From: Clostridia bacterium
GTDB taxonomy: Bacteria > Bacillota > Clostridia > UBA1212 > UBA1255
Assembly: GCA_045546695.1 (NCBI GenBank)
Contig: JAZQDE010000015.1
Location: 1,549 to 65,548 of the forward strand
DNA length: 64,000 nt
Direction: 5' to 3'
Shown here: positions 29,686-39,900 of the stretch, one piece after another
Layout of the letters: every line of letters begins with the position of its first letter
Position numbering within the stretch: position 1 is the first letter of the stretch
The notes under the pieces: generated by a model
What the model was told of the DNA's origin: nothing
The model's database searches: none
The model's input: only the letters and a program-made list of their open reading frames with translations
Program-made: the position numbers and the translations under genes

Positions 29686-30706
29686 ATATTTCCCCTAATA
29701 CTTCAGCAAGAAGCCTTGCGGTTGCTTCTGCCTGCGAAGTCAAATTACCATCAAATCCAATCTCTACCAGCAATGAGTTCGGTGCCACATTCTGGTTATA
29801 TGGATTTCTTCTTAAACTTATATTTTCTACTATGCCCGGCACCTTGTCATTCATCTTTTTAGCAACAAGCATAGTAAGCTTCATATTTTCGCGCCAAAAC
29901 GGATTGACACTCTCATCTCTGTCACCTTCGTAAGGCCAGTTCATTCCGAGTAAAAAAGATATCGGTGCATACTCAACGTCGTTATACTTAATCACAGGAC
30001 CATATTTTTCCTTTGTAACGTCAATTGCATTCCTGTGAACGTCAACAATCAGACCGACATTTCCATATTCTTCCATTACCTGGTTAAGCATGGGAATCGC
30101 ACTAAGATAAGTGGCATCCGAGCCTCCTGTTCTGTCAAAAACAGTAGCATTTCTGATAACGTTTATAGAATAATTGTTCTGAAGAACATCCTTCATAACG
30201 TCACCGACATAAACAACGTTGTTTTCGCTTCCCGGAATCTCATTAACATCAAGTCTGAACTTGTCCTCTTCTGTAGCGCAATAGCCTTCAAGTGCATGAA
30301 CGTGATATATCAGAATACTCTGATTGCGCTTTATAACAAGCGGTTGCTGAAAAACTTCGTCGATTGATATATCGACAGGCACGTAATTATTTACAACGTC
30401 AAGAAAACCAAATTTTGTTGTTGATTTTGCTTTTGAAATATATGACTTTGTCAAATAATTGAACTTAAGCCCGCTGAGCTTTTCACCCGTATCGTATCCC
30501 GCAATAATAGAATATCCATTATCTGTAAAAGAAAATCTGAAAGTCCTATCTTCACCGGTGTCCGGACCTGCTGTAATATCCTGTAATAAAATATCCTGAT
30601 TATCTTTGCTGTCATCAGAATGCTTTGCATCCTTCCACACTATAGCAGCAAGAAGAGCAACAATTATTACTACAAGAACTATCGGAAGAAGATATGACTT
30701 TTTCAT
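29678..30706 (-). CDS. spoIIP: Stage II sporulation protein P (SpoIIP family)
   Basis: N-terminal TM anchor. SpoIIP-like region with [11 protein letters not shown] and VDVHRNA. It sits directly upstream of lepA, the conserved spoIIP-lepA arrangement of endospore formers. Start trimmed to the ATG at 30706, 6 nt after a GGAGG. The ORF track starts at a TTG at 30727. Confidence 0.6.
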   Translation of the reverse strand: MKKSYLLPIVLVVIIVALLAAIVWKDAKHSDDSKDNQDILLQDITAGPDTGEDRTFRFSFTDNGYSIIAGYDTGEKLSGLKFNYLTKSYISKAKSTTKFGFLDVVNNYVPVDISIDEVFQQPLVIKRNQSILIYHVHALEGYCATEEDKFRLDVNEIPGSENNVVYVGDVMKDVLQNNYSINVIRNATVFDRTGGSDATYLSAIPMLNQVMEEYGNVGLIVDVHRNAIDVTKEKYGPVIKYNDVEYAPISFLLGMNWPYEGDRDESVNPFWRENMKLTMLVAKKMNDKVPGIVENISLRRNPYNQNVAPNSLLVEIGFDGNLTSQAEATARLLAEVLGEIYG

Positions 30707-30707
30707 T

Positions 30708-33700
30708 TTATTCCTCCATGTTATCAAAAGCAGCAGACATCATCAGCCTTATTCTGTTGAGCTGGTTTACCTCACTCGCACCCGGGTCATAGTCAACCGC
30801 AACAATATTTGCCTTAGGATATTGACGTCTTAATTCTTTGATCATACCTTTACCCGTTACGTGATTCGGCAGACACGCAAACGGCTGCATGCACACGATA
30901 TTCGATGCTCCGCTATGAATCAACTCAATCATTTCGGCTGTAAGGAACCAGCCTTCACCCGTATTGTTTGAAAGTGACAATACTTCCTTTGCCATATCAG
31001 CCAACTCATAAATTGATGATGGTGGTGAAAAGCGTTTGCTTCTGCTTAAATATTTACGTATAGGTTTGCGGTAATGTTCCAGGTAAGAAATGACAATTTT
31101 AGCAATCTTATCTGCTTTCCACGTGCCTTTGAGTCTCTTTCTCTTTTCAATCGGAACGTACGCACAATAGAAGAAGAAATCAAGCAAATCCGGCATAACT
31201 GCTTCTGCGCCTTCAGCTTCTACTATATCAACAACGTTATTATTAGCGGTAGGATGGAATTTAACGAGAATCTCACCTACAAGACCAACTTTGGGCTTCT
31301 TGATATCACGAAGCGGAAGATTGTCAAAGTCTTCAACAATACCTTTTACTGTCTTGTCGTATACTGATGCTGACGAGCTGAGAAGCGCTGTTTTACATTT
31401 TTCATTCCATTCTTCGTAAAGCTTGTTTGCAGAACCCGGCTCAAGTTCGTACGGTCTTGTTCTGTAAAGAACACGCATAAACAAATCACCGTATGCAAGA
31501 GCTTTTATCGCTGAATTAACCATTGGCAAAGTAGGTTTGAAGCCCGGATTGCTCTCAAGGCCGGATACACTAAGAGATATTACAGGAATATGTCCGAGTC
31601 CCATGTCTTTAAGTGCTTTTCTGATAAATGCTATGTAGTTTGTCGCTCTGCAGCCACCACCTGTCTGTGTAATCATCAAAGCGACTTTGTTCAGGTCATA
31701 GTTGCCTGTTTTGAGTGCTTCTACGAATTGTCCGACTACGATTATTGACGGATAACATGCATCGTTGTTAACGTATTTCAGACCCCAGTCAATAGCTTTT
31801 CTGTCATTTGAAGGAAGAACTTCCATATTGTAGCCATGCTGTCTGAAAACGTGCTGAACGAGATCAAAATGTATCGGTGACATCTGAGGAGCAAGAATCG
31901 TATACTCTTTTCTCATTTCTTCAGTAAATGCAATTTTCGGGAAGCTGTACGGCTTCTTTTCACCGATAATACTCTTCTTGTTGTCTCTGTTTTCAAGAGC
32001 TGCTTTAAGAGAACGTACTCTGATTCTTATCGCTCCGAGGTTGCTTCCTTCGTCAATCTTGAAACACGTGTAAATTCTGTTTGAAGACTTTAATATCTCC
32101 TCTACCTGGTCTGTTGTAACGGCGTCAAGACCGCAACCAAATGAGTTGAGCTGAATCATGTCAATGCATGGGTCAACTTTGATATAATCTGCGGCTCTGT
32201 AAAGTCTTGAATGGTATGCCCACTGGTTTACAACACGGATAGGTGTCTCAAGATTGCCGAGATGTGATATTGAATCTTCTGTAAGTACTGCAAAATCATA
32301 TTTTGTAAGAAGCTCCGGTATACCATGGTTGATTTCCGGATCAAGATGGTAAGGTCTGCCTGCAAGACAAATGATATGATAGTTGTTTTCCTTCGAGAAT
32401 TTTATAATCTTCTGAGCTTCAGCTCTGATATCTTCCTTGAAAAATTCATTTTCTTCATATGCCGCTTTAAGAGCTTCGCGCAATTCTGCCTTCGGTATAT
32501 CAGTAAATTCTTCGACAACACGTTTAAACATTGCCTTCTGATCATAAAGTGGCAGGAACGGATGCATGAAATTGATATTTTCTTCTTTTATTCTGTCTAC
32601 GTTTACACTGATAACTTCAGGATAGGAAGTAACGATTGGACAGTTGTAATGATTGTCTGCTTTGTCGTCTTCTTTGATCTCATACGGAATTGAAGGATAG
32701 AATATAGTCTTTACACCCTTGTTGAGCAGATCAATTATATGACCATGAACGAGCTTTCCGGGGTAACAAACTGATTCACTTGGTATAGTTTCGATACCGA
32801 GGTTGTAAATATCCTTGGAGCTCTGGCTTGAGAGCACAACTTTATAACCAAGCTTCGTGAAAAATGTAAACCAGAACGGATAATTCTCATACATGTTAAG
32901 TACTCTCGGTATACCGATTGTTCCCCTGTATGCTTTTTCATCATCAAGTGGCTCATAATGGTCGAAAAGTCTTGAATATTTATATTTGAACAAGTTCAGA
33001 TCTGACAAATCTTTAATGCTGTCAGAATCCTTGAGTGAACCTCTTTCGCATCTGTTACCTGTTATAAATCTTGCGCCATTTGAGAAATAGTTGATTGTAA
33101 GCAGGCAGTTGTTTGTACATTTTCCGCATCTTACACGCTTGATATCACAAGATATCTTGTCTGTATCCTCGCGACCGAGAAGAGTTGACTCGTGTTCGGG
33201 ATTTTCCATAAACTTCTTGCGTGCTATAAGTGAACAACCGTATGCACCCATGAGACCTGCGATATCAGGTCTTACAGCTTCGCGTTCTGAAACGATTTCA
33301 AAGCATCTGAGTACAGCATCATTTAAGAATGTACCGCCCTGAACGATAAGCTTCTCGCCCATTTCTTCGGGAGATTTAATCTTTATAACCTTTGTAAGAG
33401 CATTTTTAATAACTGAGAAAGAAAGGCCGGCTGAAATATCAGCAACGCTTGCGCCTTCTTTCTGAGCCTGTTTTACGCGTGAATTCATGAAAACTGTACA
33501 TCTTGAGCCAAGATCGACAGGGCTCTTTGACTTCATCGCTTCACCTGCAAACGTTGATACGTCAAGGCTTAATGAAGTTGCAAATGCCTCGATAAATGAA
33601 CCACAACCTGATGAACATGCTTCGTTGAGCATGATGCTCTGGATAACGCCATCTTTAATCTTAAGACACTTCATGTCCTGGCCACCGATGTCAAGAATAA

Positions 33701-34973
33701 AGTCAACACCGGGCAGGAATTTTTCAGCAGCTGTGTAATGGGCAATCGTCTCAATCTCACCAAAGTCAACACCAAGCGCTGTCTTGATAAGGCCTTCACC
33801 GTAACCTGTTACGCATGAATAAACAATCTTTGCATCTTCCGGGAGTATAGAATAAATATCTCTTAAAATCTTTGCTGCAGATTCAAACGGATTACCAAAG
33901 TTGCTGCCGTACCATGAGTAAAGGATCTCATCATTTTCTCCCGTAACAGTAGCCTTGGTCGTTGTCGAACCGGCATCAATACCGAGATAACAATTGCCTT
34001 TATACGTTTTAAGGTCGCCTCTTGCAGCTTTAGCCTTCAGATGACGTGCTTTGAACTCCTTGTACTGCTCATCATTGTCAAATAATGGAGTAAGTCTGCC
34101 AACTTCTGTATCATGCTGCTCAAACACTTTTCCGAGACTGGCAATAACGTCAGCGATTTTATAGACTTTTACTTCAGATTCATATCCCTTTCTGCCCTGT
34201 GAAACAAATGCCGCACCGAGAGCCACAAACAAATGTGAGTTTTTAGGGAAAATCAACGTCTCATCAGTTAGTCCGAGTGTTTCAATAAATCTTGCTCTGA
34301 GTTCTGACAAGTAATTGAGCGGTCCGCCCAGGAGCGCTACTTTACCTGTAATTCTTCTTCCGCATGCAAGGCCGCTGATTGTCTGGTTTACAACTGACTG
34401 GAAAACAGAAGCAGCGATATCTTCTTTTGATGCACCTTCGTTGAGCAAAGGCTGAATATCAGTCTTCGCAAATACGCCACATCTTGCAGCAATAGGATAT
34501 ATAATCTTATGACTCTGTGCATAATCATTAAGTCCCTGGGCATCTGTCTTGAGCAAAATCGCCATCTGGTCGATAAATGCACCTGTACCGCCTGCGCAAG
34601 TACCGTTCATTCGCTGCTCAACAGGATTTGTGAAAAATGTGATTTTTGCATCCTCGCCACCGAGCTCAATTGCAACGTCTGTATCGGGAATCAGTTTTGT
34701 AACCGCATGTGTAGAAGCCACTACCTCCTGAACAAAAGGAAGGTCGAGCCACTCTGAAACAAGCATACCGCCCGAACCTGTAATTGTGAAAGTAGCTTCT
34801 TCGTCTTTGAATTTTTCAAGAGCCTCATTCATAACATCAAAAATTGTCTTTCTGATATCTGAATAATGCCTTTGATATTTGTTATATAAAATATTACCTT
34901 CTTTATCGATAATAACAACCTTTACAGTTGTGGAACCTACGTCAAGGCCTACTGCCAGCGTACCTTTATGCAT
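30708..34973 (-). CDS. Fusion protein: tandem BadF/BadG/BcrA/BcrD (HgdC-type) ATPase activase domains plus a 2-hydroxyacyl-CoA-dehydratase D-component-like domain (about 1420 aa)
   Basis: Two acetate/sugar-kinase-fold ATPase domains (GLDVGSTTVKVVI and GIDAGSTTTKATV). The C-terminal half is HgdB/DUF2229-like with Cys clusters. ATG at 34973 with a GGAAGGGA RBS. Confidence 0.75.
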   Translation of the reverse strand: MHKGTLAVGLDVGSTTVKVVIIDKEGNILYNKYQRHYSDIRKTIFDVMNEALEKFKDEEATFTITGSGGMLVSEWLDLPFVQEVVASTHAVTKLIPDTDVAIELGGEDAKITFFTNPVEQRMNGTCAGGTGAFIDQMAILLKTDAQGLNDYAQSHKIIYPIAARCGVFAKTDIQPLLNEGASKEDIAASVFQSVVNQTISGLACGRRITGKVALLGGPLNYLSELRARFIETLGLTDETLIFPKNSHLFVALGAAFVSQGRKGYESEVKVYKIADVIASLGKVFEQHDTEVGRLTPLFDNDEQYKEFKARHLKAKAARGDLKTYKGNCYLGIDAGSTTTKATVTGENDEILYSWYGSNFGNPFESAAKILRDIYSILPEDAKIVYSCVTGYGEGLIKTALGVDFGEIETIAHYTAAEKFLPGVDFILDIGGQDMKCLKIKDGVIQSIMLNEACSSGCGSFIEAFATSLSLDVSTFAGEAMKSKSPVDLGSRCTVFMNSRVKQAQKEGASVADISAGLSFSVIKNALTKVIKIKSPEEMGEKLIVQGGTFLNDAVLRCFEIVSEREAVRPDIAGLMGAYGCSLIARKKFMENPEHESTLLGREDTDKISCDIKRVRCGKCTNNCLLTINYFSNGARFITGNRCERGSLKDSDSIKDLSDLNLFKYKYSRLFDHYEPLDDEKAYRGTIGIPRVLNMYENYPFWFTFFTKLGYKVVLSSQSSKDIYNLGIETIPSESVCYPGKLVHGHIIDLLNKGVKTIFYPSIPYEIKEDDKADNHYNCPIVTSYPEVISVNVDRIKEENINFMHPFLPLYDQKAMFKRVVEEFTDIPKAELREALKAAYEENEFFKEDIRAEAQKIIKFSKENNYHIICLAGRPYHLDPEINHGIPELLTKYDFAVLTEDSISHLGNLETPIRVVNQWAYHSRLYRAADYIKVDPCIDMIQLNSFGCGLDAVTTDQVEEILKSSNRIYTCFKIDEGSNLGAIRIRVRSLKAALENRDNKKSIIGEKKPYSFPKIAFTEEMRKEYTILAPQMSPIHFDLVQHVFRQHGYNMEVLPSNDRKAIDWGLKYVNNDACYPSIIVVGQFVEALKTGNYDLNKVALMITQTGGGCRATNYIAFIRKALKDMGLGHIPVISLSVSGLESNPGFKPTLPMVNSAIKALAYGDLFMRVLYRTRPYELEPGSANKLYEEWNEKCKTALLSSSASVYDKTVKGIVEDFDNLPLRDIKKPKVGLVGEILVKFHPTANNNVVDIVEAEGAEAVMPDLLDFFFYCAYVPIEKRKRLKGTWKADKIAKIVISYLEHYRKPIRKYLSRSKRFSPPSSIYELADMAKEVLSLSNNTGEGWFLTAEMIELIHSGASNIVCMQPFACLPNHVTGKGMIKELRRQYPKANIVAVDYDPGASEVNQLNRIRLMMSAAFDNMEE

Positions 34974-34996
34974 CAAATCTTCCCTTCCTGGTTAAT

Positions 34997-36796
34997 TTAT
35001 TCGGAGTCTGTAACGTCCTCTTTGTTGATTGAAATATGTAAATCTTTTACCTGGATATCATCAACAAAGTCAGGTGCACCTGACATGAGACATGATGCAT
35101 TCTGTACCTTCGGGAAAGCAATTGTGTCTCTGATATTTGTAGCACCTGCCATAAGCATACAGAGTCTGTCAAGACCGTATGCCATACCACCATGAGGTGG
35201 TGTGCCGTATTTGAATGCTTCAATAAGGAATCCAAAACGCTCTGCAACGTCTTCATCTGAAAGACCGAGAGCTTTGAACATTCTGCTCTGAAGTTCGCTG
35301 TCGTGGATTCTTATGCTGCCGCCGCCAAGTTCGTAACCATTGAGTACGATGTCGTATGCTTTGGCACGTACTTCGCCCGGAGCTGATTCAATCTTGTCAA
35401 TATCCTGTTCCATCGGAGATGTGAAAGGATGGTGAACAGCAACGTATCTGTTCTCTTCTTCTGAAAATTCAAATTGTGGGAATTCTGTAATCCATAAAAA
35501 GGCAAATTCGTCTTGAGGAATCAAGCCGAGTTTGTCTGCAAGTTCGCATCTTAAAGCGCCCAGAACGGTGTAAACAACGCTTGTCTTGCCTGAAACGATA
35601 CAAATAAGGTCGCCTGCCTTTGCCTGGCATTTAGCGATCACAGCGTTAATTTCGTCCTGTGTCAGAACTTTACCCAATGAAGATCTGATTTCATTATTTT
35701 CACCGACAACTATCCATGCAAGACCGCTGCCGCCGTGAGTCTTGACAAACTCGCCCAACTTGTCAATTTCTTTTCTTGAATAGTGACCTGCCGGGAAGCA
35801 TACAGCCTTAACCGCGCCGCCGTTTGCAATAGAATCGCTGAACACCTTAAATCCACATCCTGCAAGAGTATCAGCAAGGTCGATAAGCTCATAGCCGAAT
35901 CTTACGTCAGGCTTGTCAGAACCATATTTTTCCATTGCATCAAAATATGACATGCGCATAAACGGAGCTTTGAGCTCTACGCCAAGTACTTCTTTGAAAA
36001 CTCTTACCATAAAGCCTTCGTTGATTGCGATAACGTCATCAATATCAACGAAAGACATTTCAAGGTCTATCTGTGTAAATTCAGGCTGTCTGTCAGCTCG
36101 CAGGTCTTCATCGCGGAAGCACTTTGCAATCTGCATATATCTGTCAAAACCTGCCACCATGAGAAGCTGTTTGAAAATCTGTGGTGACTGTGGAAGTGCA
36201 TAGAATTTTGAAGGATGTACGCGACTTGGAACAAGATAGTCTCTTGCGCCTTCAGGCGTGCTCTTTGTAAGAATCGGTGTCTCAACTTCAATAAAGCCAT
36301 TTTCATCGTAATAGTCTCTTGCAATCTTTGCAATCTTGTGACGCATGAGAATAACGTTCTGCATTGACGGACGTCTTAAATCAAGATATCTGTACTTAAG
36401 ACGATTTACATCACTGATATTTGCTTTGTCTTCAATGTGAAAAGGTGGAAGTTTTGCTTCGTTGAGTACAACAACTTTTGTAACTTTAACTTCTATCTCA
36501 CCTGTTTTCATATCTTTGTTTATATCAGCTTCATTTCTTGCGCAAACGAGGCCTTCAACAGCCAGTACGTATTCATTTTTTACATTTGCTGCAAGTTCGA
36601 AGAGCTCTTTATCTGTCTCTTCGTTGAAGAAAAGCTGGATGCGTCCCGTTCTGTCGCGGAGCCATATAAACATAAGTCCACCGAGGTTACGTACTTTTGC
36701 AACCCAACCTGTAAGTACTACGGTCTGTCCTGCGTTTTCTTTCGTAACTTCGCCGCAGTAATTTGTTCTTTTTATACCATTCATGAACTGTGCCAT
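34997..36796 (-). CDS. aspS: Aspartate--tRNA ligase
   Basis: N-terminal anticodon-binding OB fold, class II motifs, 599 aa. GGAAGG RBS 7 nt before the ATG at 36796. Confidence 0.95.
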   Translation of the reverse strand: MAQFMNGIKRTNYCGEVTKENAGQTVVLTGWVAKVRNLGGLMFIWLRDRTGRIQLFFNEETDKELFELAANVKNEYVLAVEGLVCARNEADINKDMKTGEIEVKVTKVVVLNEAKLPPFHIEDKANISDVNRLKYRYLDLRRPSMQNVILMRHKIAKIARDYYDENGFIEVETPILTKSTPEGARDYLVPSRVHPSKFYALPQSPQIFKQLLMVAGFDRYMQIAKCFRDEDLRADRQPEFTQIDLEMSFVDIDDVIAINEGFMVRVFKEVLGVELKAPFMRMSYFDAMEKYGSDKPDVRFGYELIDLADTLAGCGFKVFSDSIANGGAVKAVCFPAGHYSRKEIDKLGEFVKTHGGSGLAWIVVGENNEIRSSLGKVLTQDEINAVIAKCQAKAGDLICIVSGKTSVVYTVLGALRCELADKLGLIPQDEFAFLWITEFPQFEFSEEENRYVAVHHPFTSPMEQDIDKIESAPGEVRAKAYDIVLNGYELGGGSIRIHDSELQSRMFKALGLSDEDVAERFGFLIEAFKYGTPPHGGMAYGLDRLCMLMAGATNIRDTIAFPKVQNASCLMSGAPDFVDDIQVKDLHISINKEDVTDSE

Positions 36797-36830
36797 GATT
36801 TACACCTTCCTTGTTGAATTTAACCTATAT

Positions 36831-36859
36831 ATTTTAAGGCAGAAGGCGATTTATGTCAA
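36831..36859 (-). promoter_or_regulatory. Putative sigma-A promoter for aspS
   Basis: Minus strand: TTGACA, 17-nt spacer, TAAAAT, about 30 nt upstream of the aspS RBS. The leader is too short for a T-box. Confidence 0.45.
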
Positions 36860-36910
36860 TTTATTTGGTGAAAAGATAAGTAATTATTACGTCGATTCCA
36901 GCAAAAAAAA

Positions 36911-36933
36911 GAACCGTGAATTAATCACGGTTT
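36911..36933 (-). terminator. Rho-independent terminator after the 1607-aa gene
   Basis: Stem AACCGTGA / TCACGGTT with loop ATTAA. An A8 run lies on the plus side (a U-tract on the minus strand) and TTTTCTTTT on the other side. It sits 14 nt past the stop. Confidence 0.65.
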
Positions 36934-36946
36934 TCTTTTAGTTTGT

Positions 36947-39900
36947 TTAACCAAGCATATTCGGAAGAACATAGCTTATCGTATATGCATTACCTTGTTT
37001 CGTATAGATTGTTACGGATAACTGAGCAACACCCGACCCGGTAAGTTCAACAGTACATTCACCTGCTACGTTGTCAATAATTTTAACTACATTAACATTG
37101 CTTGATGACCATGTACAATAATCTATTTCTTCACCATAAGAAGTATTAACAGTAACCGGAACAATCTGGCCAACACTCCAGTTGTCTTCATCAACTAAGA
37201 TATTACCAATATAAACACGTGACTCAGACTGATCATCTTCTGATTTTTCAATACGATATGCATGTGATCCAGACTTTATAATATTATCAACATAGAAGTA
37301 ACCGGCAAATTCATCATCCACGAAATAACCAACATACTCATTTATTTCGCCTTTGTTTGTGATTATAATGATCTTATCCTCAGAAATAAAGTATAAGTTT
37401 TTATCGTTATCAACCGCATACAATGAGTCGTAATCCAAAGAGGTCATCTCGGAATAGATTGGTTCATTCTCCTCGTTTACATCTAATTTTAATACAACAA
37501 TTTTACCATCTTTTATATTAATAATAAAATCATCACCATCAACAAATACCTGTTCGCCATCTGAATCATACACAATATTGCCATCATCGTCTGCTTTAAC
37601 AAGATGCTTATCAGATAAATCTAATTTATACAGTGCTGAATATATCTTGTTTTCTTCATTTACCTCAAGAATAAAGAACAATTGATTACCGTCAGAACCA
37701 TATTTGTTATACTGTTTTTGAGTCAATTCAACAAAAAACTTAACTGTATCGCCAACTATATGTTCAGATTTATCGTCATCCATAATAATTTCAGCTGATT
37801 CGATCTTATCATAAATTGTTAACTTCTTTTCAACTTTAAGGACAACACCATTTTTTGTAAGTACAATAGCATTAATTGTCGCTTCTCCTGTTTCACCGGA
37901 TGTATGCATAATTGAAGATGCAAAATCAACACTGTTTGTAACATTCAGAATTTCAGAGCCTAATGGTAAAGTATGAAGAATCGTGTTATATTCTGTTACT
38001 TCTTTCAGCCCGTACTTTTTCAATTGTTCATTAATGCTGTCTATTAATGATTGTGCATACTCCTTGGTAGCGGTCACACCTGATTCAGATGAAAGAATCG
38101 ATTCTATTTCTGCAATTATCTCTTTTAATTTCGCAAAAGTATCCTCTTCACCTTCTTCGGGTACAACGTCAATACCTTCGATTGTCTTTGCATTGTTAAC
38201 AGCGGTTGTCAACACTATTCTTTGATCTTCTGTCATAGCCTCTATCTGGGCAGATTCAACAGCCTTACCACCGCAAGCAACGATATTATTGTTCAGCTTT
38301 TCAAGAAGTACCTGTGCACTTTTTTGTGAGAGGTCTTCTATGGTTGTTGAGTTTGCTTCAGAAACAACAGCTTTAATAGCATCTAAATTCTCAACTGGCA
38401 AGGCGGCTTCCTCACCGGCAGCTTCATTTTCAGCAATAATTGCCTCAGCTCTGTTGATAGCCATATTTAATAACTCAATCTGATCATCTGTTATTGCTTT
38501 GTATTCAATTAAAGCAATCTCGTCCATGTCATAAGCTACCAATTGTTCATTTATCGATGAGAATAATTCATACGCTTCGATTATCTTGAACTGTTCATCA
38601 TTTCTTGCCACGTAGTTAGTTGCTTCACCAAGAAGGTCAGCAAGTTCAGCAAATTCTTCGTTTTCATTTGAATATCCTTCAATTTCTGTTGCTTTATGAA
38701 TTGCAGCAAGAAGTAATGATCTCATTTCGTCATTTGTTAAAGCCAAAGCCTCCAATTGCTTATTTGCATTGTCAATTACAGCTTCCAGTCTGGTAATCTC
38801 TGCGATAGCTTCTTCTCTTGTTGGTGTTTCAAGAATATTGTCTGTTCCTTTTTCAAGTAACTCAACAGCGGATGCATACTGTTCAGGATCTACGCCCAGC
38901 TCTTTTGCAATGTCAATCATTTGAGCAAGGTAGATTTTCTGTTTGCTGTCAATTGATAAAACTAACTTCGTTCCTGAGTTCCAGTGAACAGCCAATATTT
39001 CTTCTGTTTTCAAAGACGCATAAATTTCGCTCTTAAGCTTGACAACAGGAGAAATAATACTTGAAATATTTTCAATAAATTCATCTTGTTCAATATATGC
39101 AATTTCAGCAGGTTTTGCTTTTGCATCCAATTCAAGAATTCTTAAATCGGAAATAACCTTTTTAAAGCTCTCATCATACCACTTTCCGTATGTATCTTCT
39201 TCGTTGCTGATTGCAAAATAATATAACGCACCTTCGTAATCATATGGCAAATAGAAAACATTACGTTCGAGTGCTTTATACGCAAGATCCAGAGCAGTAA
39301 GAGCATTATTTACTCTTTCAAAATTTGCAACAGAATCAAACTCAACCAATGATTCTGCATCGTATAATGCAGCGGCAAGATTAGACCAACTTTCATTCGT
39401 ATAAACTACAGATTTAACACCGTTGCCCTCATCTTTAAGATTTTTTTCATAATTAACTCTGAAAATAGTTGCAACGTTTTTATCTTTGTTTTCCTCAGTA
39501 TATTCACTCAATGATTTTATGGATCCAGACTCTTCGTCATATATAACATAACGTGCTATATCATCTGAAGTTCCCATAAATTCACGCATTTGTGCAACAG
39601 CATTCTGAAGGGCTTCAATTGATATTTCTTCTAATGCCTGTGCCGTAGCAACAAGCTGTTTATTTGCAATGTAAACCTGAGTACTATTAACTGTAATCTC
39701 TTCAGATTCAACGATTGATTTAGCATACTCATAGGCCTCAGCAAATGCAGTCCATGATACAGTAGTATACATCTTCTGACCATTATCATATGTTTCTTTA
39801 TTAGTTTCGACAGCTTGATTTAAACCGCTGATATCTGTCGAAAGATATTGTAATGCATTGTTATCTGCAGGAATAAGATCTGCACTGCTTGCAAACTGTA

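Noticed and set aside
36797-36946. Possible T-box riboswitch upstream of aspS
   Set aside because: The leader from the predicted promoter to the ATG is only about 30 nt. There is no specifier or antiterminator structure, so no T-box is present here.
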